The position numbers and the translations under genes were made by a program. The notes under the pieces are model-generated. The model was not told the DNA's origin, made no database searches, and saw only the letters and a list, made by a program, of their open reading frames with translations. A stretch of 64,000 nucleotides of DNA from Patescibacteria group bacterium (GTDB lineage Bacteria; Patescibacteriota; Patescibacteriia; UBA2196): positions 628 through 64,627 of the forward strand of contig DAIUDD010000001.1 of NCBI GenBank assembly GCA_036845805.1, read 5' to 3'. This document shows, one piece after another, positions 63,436-64,000 of this stretch (position 1 is the stretch's first letter; the number at the start of each line of letters is the position of its first letter).

Positions 63436-64000
63436 ATGTCAATCCATTATAATCAAAATTATAATCAAGAAGTTAAACCAGATTTGCCTTATTGGTTGGC
63501 TTTCAATCGCCTTAATGGTCTTGGTGCCATACGTTTAAAAAAAATTTTTAATTTTTTTCACAGCATGGAAATTGCTTGGAATGCCGAAGCTGAAGATTTA
63601 TTAGCCTGTGGCTTGGAGGCAAATTTAGTGGAAGAAATAATTTTAACGCGACACACGGTTAATCCGATGGCCGAATTAGAAAAAATGCTTGCAGAAAATA
63701 TCTCGGCCCTAACTTTGGCCGACGAAGATTACCCAGAATTGTTAAAACAAATTTATGCTGCTCCCGCTATTCTATATTATAAAGGCCAGCTTGATTATAA
63801 AAAAGACTCCTTTTCTTTAGCTGTGGTTGGCACGAGAAAATGCTCCGCTTATGGCCAGCAAATCACCCCAATTTTAGTTGGCGATTTAGCGCAGGCTGGT
63901 TTAACCATCGTTTCTGGTTTGGCTTTGGGTATTGATTCTTTAGCCCATGAAGCGACATTAAAACAAGCTGATCGCACCATTGCTGTTTTGGGCTCTGGCT
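63436..64000 (+). CDS. dprA: DNA processing protein DprA (Smf), 3' partial
   Basis: ILYYKGQLDYKKDSFSLAVVGTRKCSAYGQQITPILVGDLAQAGLTIVSGLALGIDSLAHEATLKQADRTIAVLGSG. The gene runs off the window end. Confidence 0.85.
   Translation, partial: MSIHYNQNYNQEVKPDLPYWLAFNRLNGLGAIRLKKIFNFFHSMEIAWNAEAEDLLACGLEANLVEEIILTRHTVNPMAELEKMLAENISALTLADEDYPELLKQIYAAPAILYYKGQLDYKKDSFSLAVVGTRKCSAYGQQITPILVGDLAQAGLTIVSGLALGIDSLAHEATLKQADRTIAVLGSG

Overview
The window is AT-rich (roughly one-third GC by eye) and compact, mostly on the + strand, with the gene content of a reduced, CPR/Patescibacteria-like genome; that taxonomic label is my inference.

Recognisable housekeeping genes include ruvB, glyQS-type GlyRS, metG, clpP, secDF, dnaB, recR-ybaB, rplU, rplI, rpmA, rbfA, tsaB, rsmI, ruvX, an iscU/nfu/iscS cluster, rarA and a partial dprA.

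Five tRNAs are supported: Ile-GAT, Val-GAC, Leu-TAA, Pro-CGG and a degenerate Gly-GCC. Four of the five encode their CCA; tRNA-Leu does not.

Three things stand out.

1. Palindromic element families. The window carries at least four short hairpin/MITE-like families.
- The GTCATYC...GRATGAC family has about ten copies. One copy (280-658) carries a GIY-YIG nuclease ORF that exactly fills its loop, and an empty twin sits 30 bp away (180-249). Three copies lie in-frame inside conserved ORFs (MetRS, TatD, the Nfu N-terminus).
- A 20-bp perfect palindrome, GGACAGGTCGCGACCTGTCC, is inserted in-frame in RsmI (twice) and RuvX. Just after the stop of the 58571-59263 gene the same palindrome forms a canonical terminator.
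- An IS200-type tyrosine transposase (RAYT) gene is flanked by REP hairpins, forming a REPtron.

2. GC-rich islands. Several islands of about 50-57% GC (eyeball estimate) encode proteins typical of diderm bacteria: a TonB C-terminal domain protein, a small outer-membrane beta-barrel ending in a C-terminal Phe, a T9SS C-terminal-sorting-domain protein with DUF11 repeats, and a lipoprotein. This points to horizontal acquisition, possibly from an FCB-group organism, or less likely to assembly chimerism.

3. Structured RNA candidates. Three GC-rich loci look like ncRNAs (13351-13548, 21445-21600 on the minus strand, 34250-34595) but cannot be classified from sequence alone.

All coordinates come from manual reading of the sequence. 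Gene starts were adjusted where the ORF-track start lies inside a repeat element. No database searches were run.
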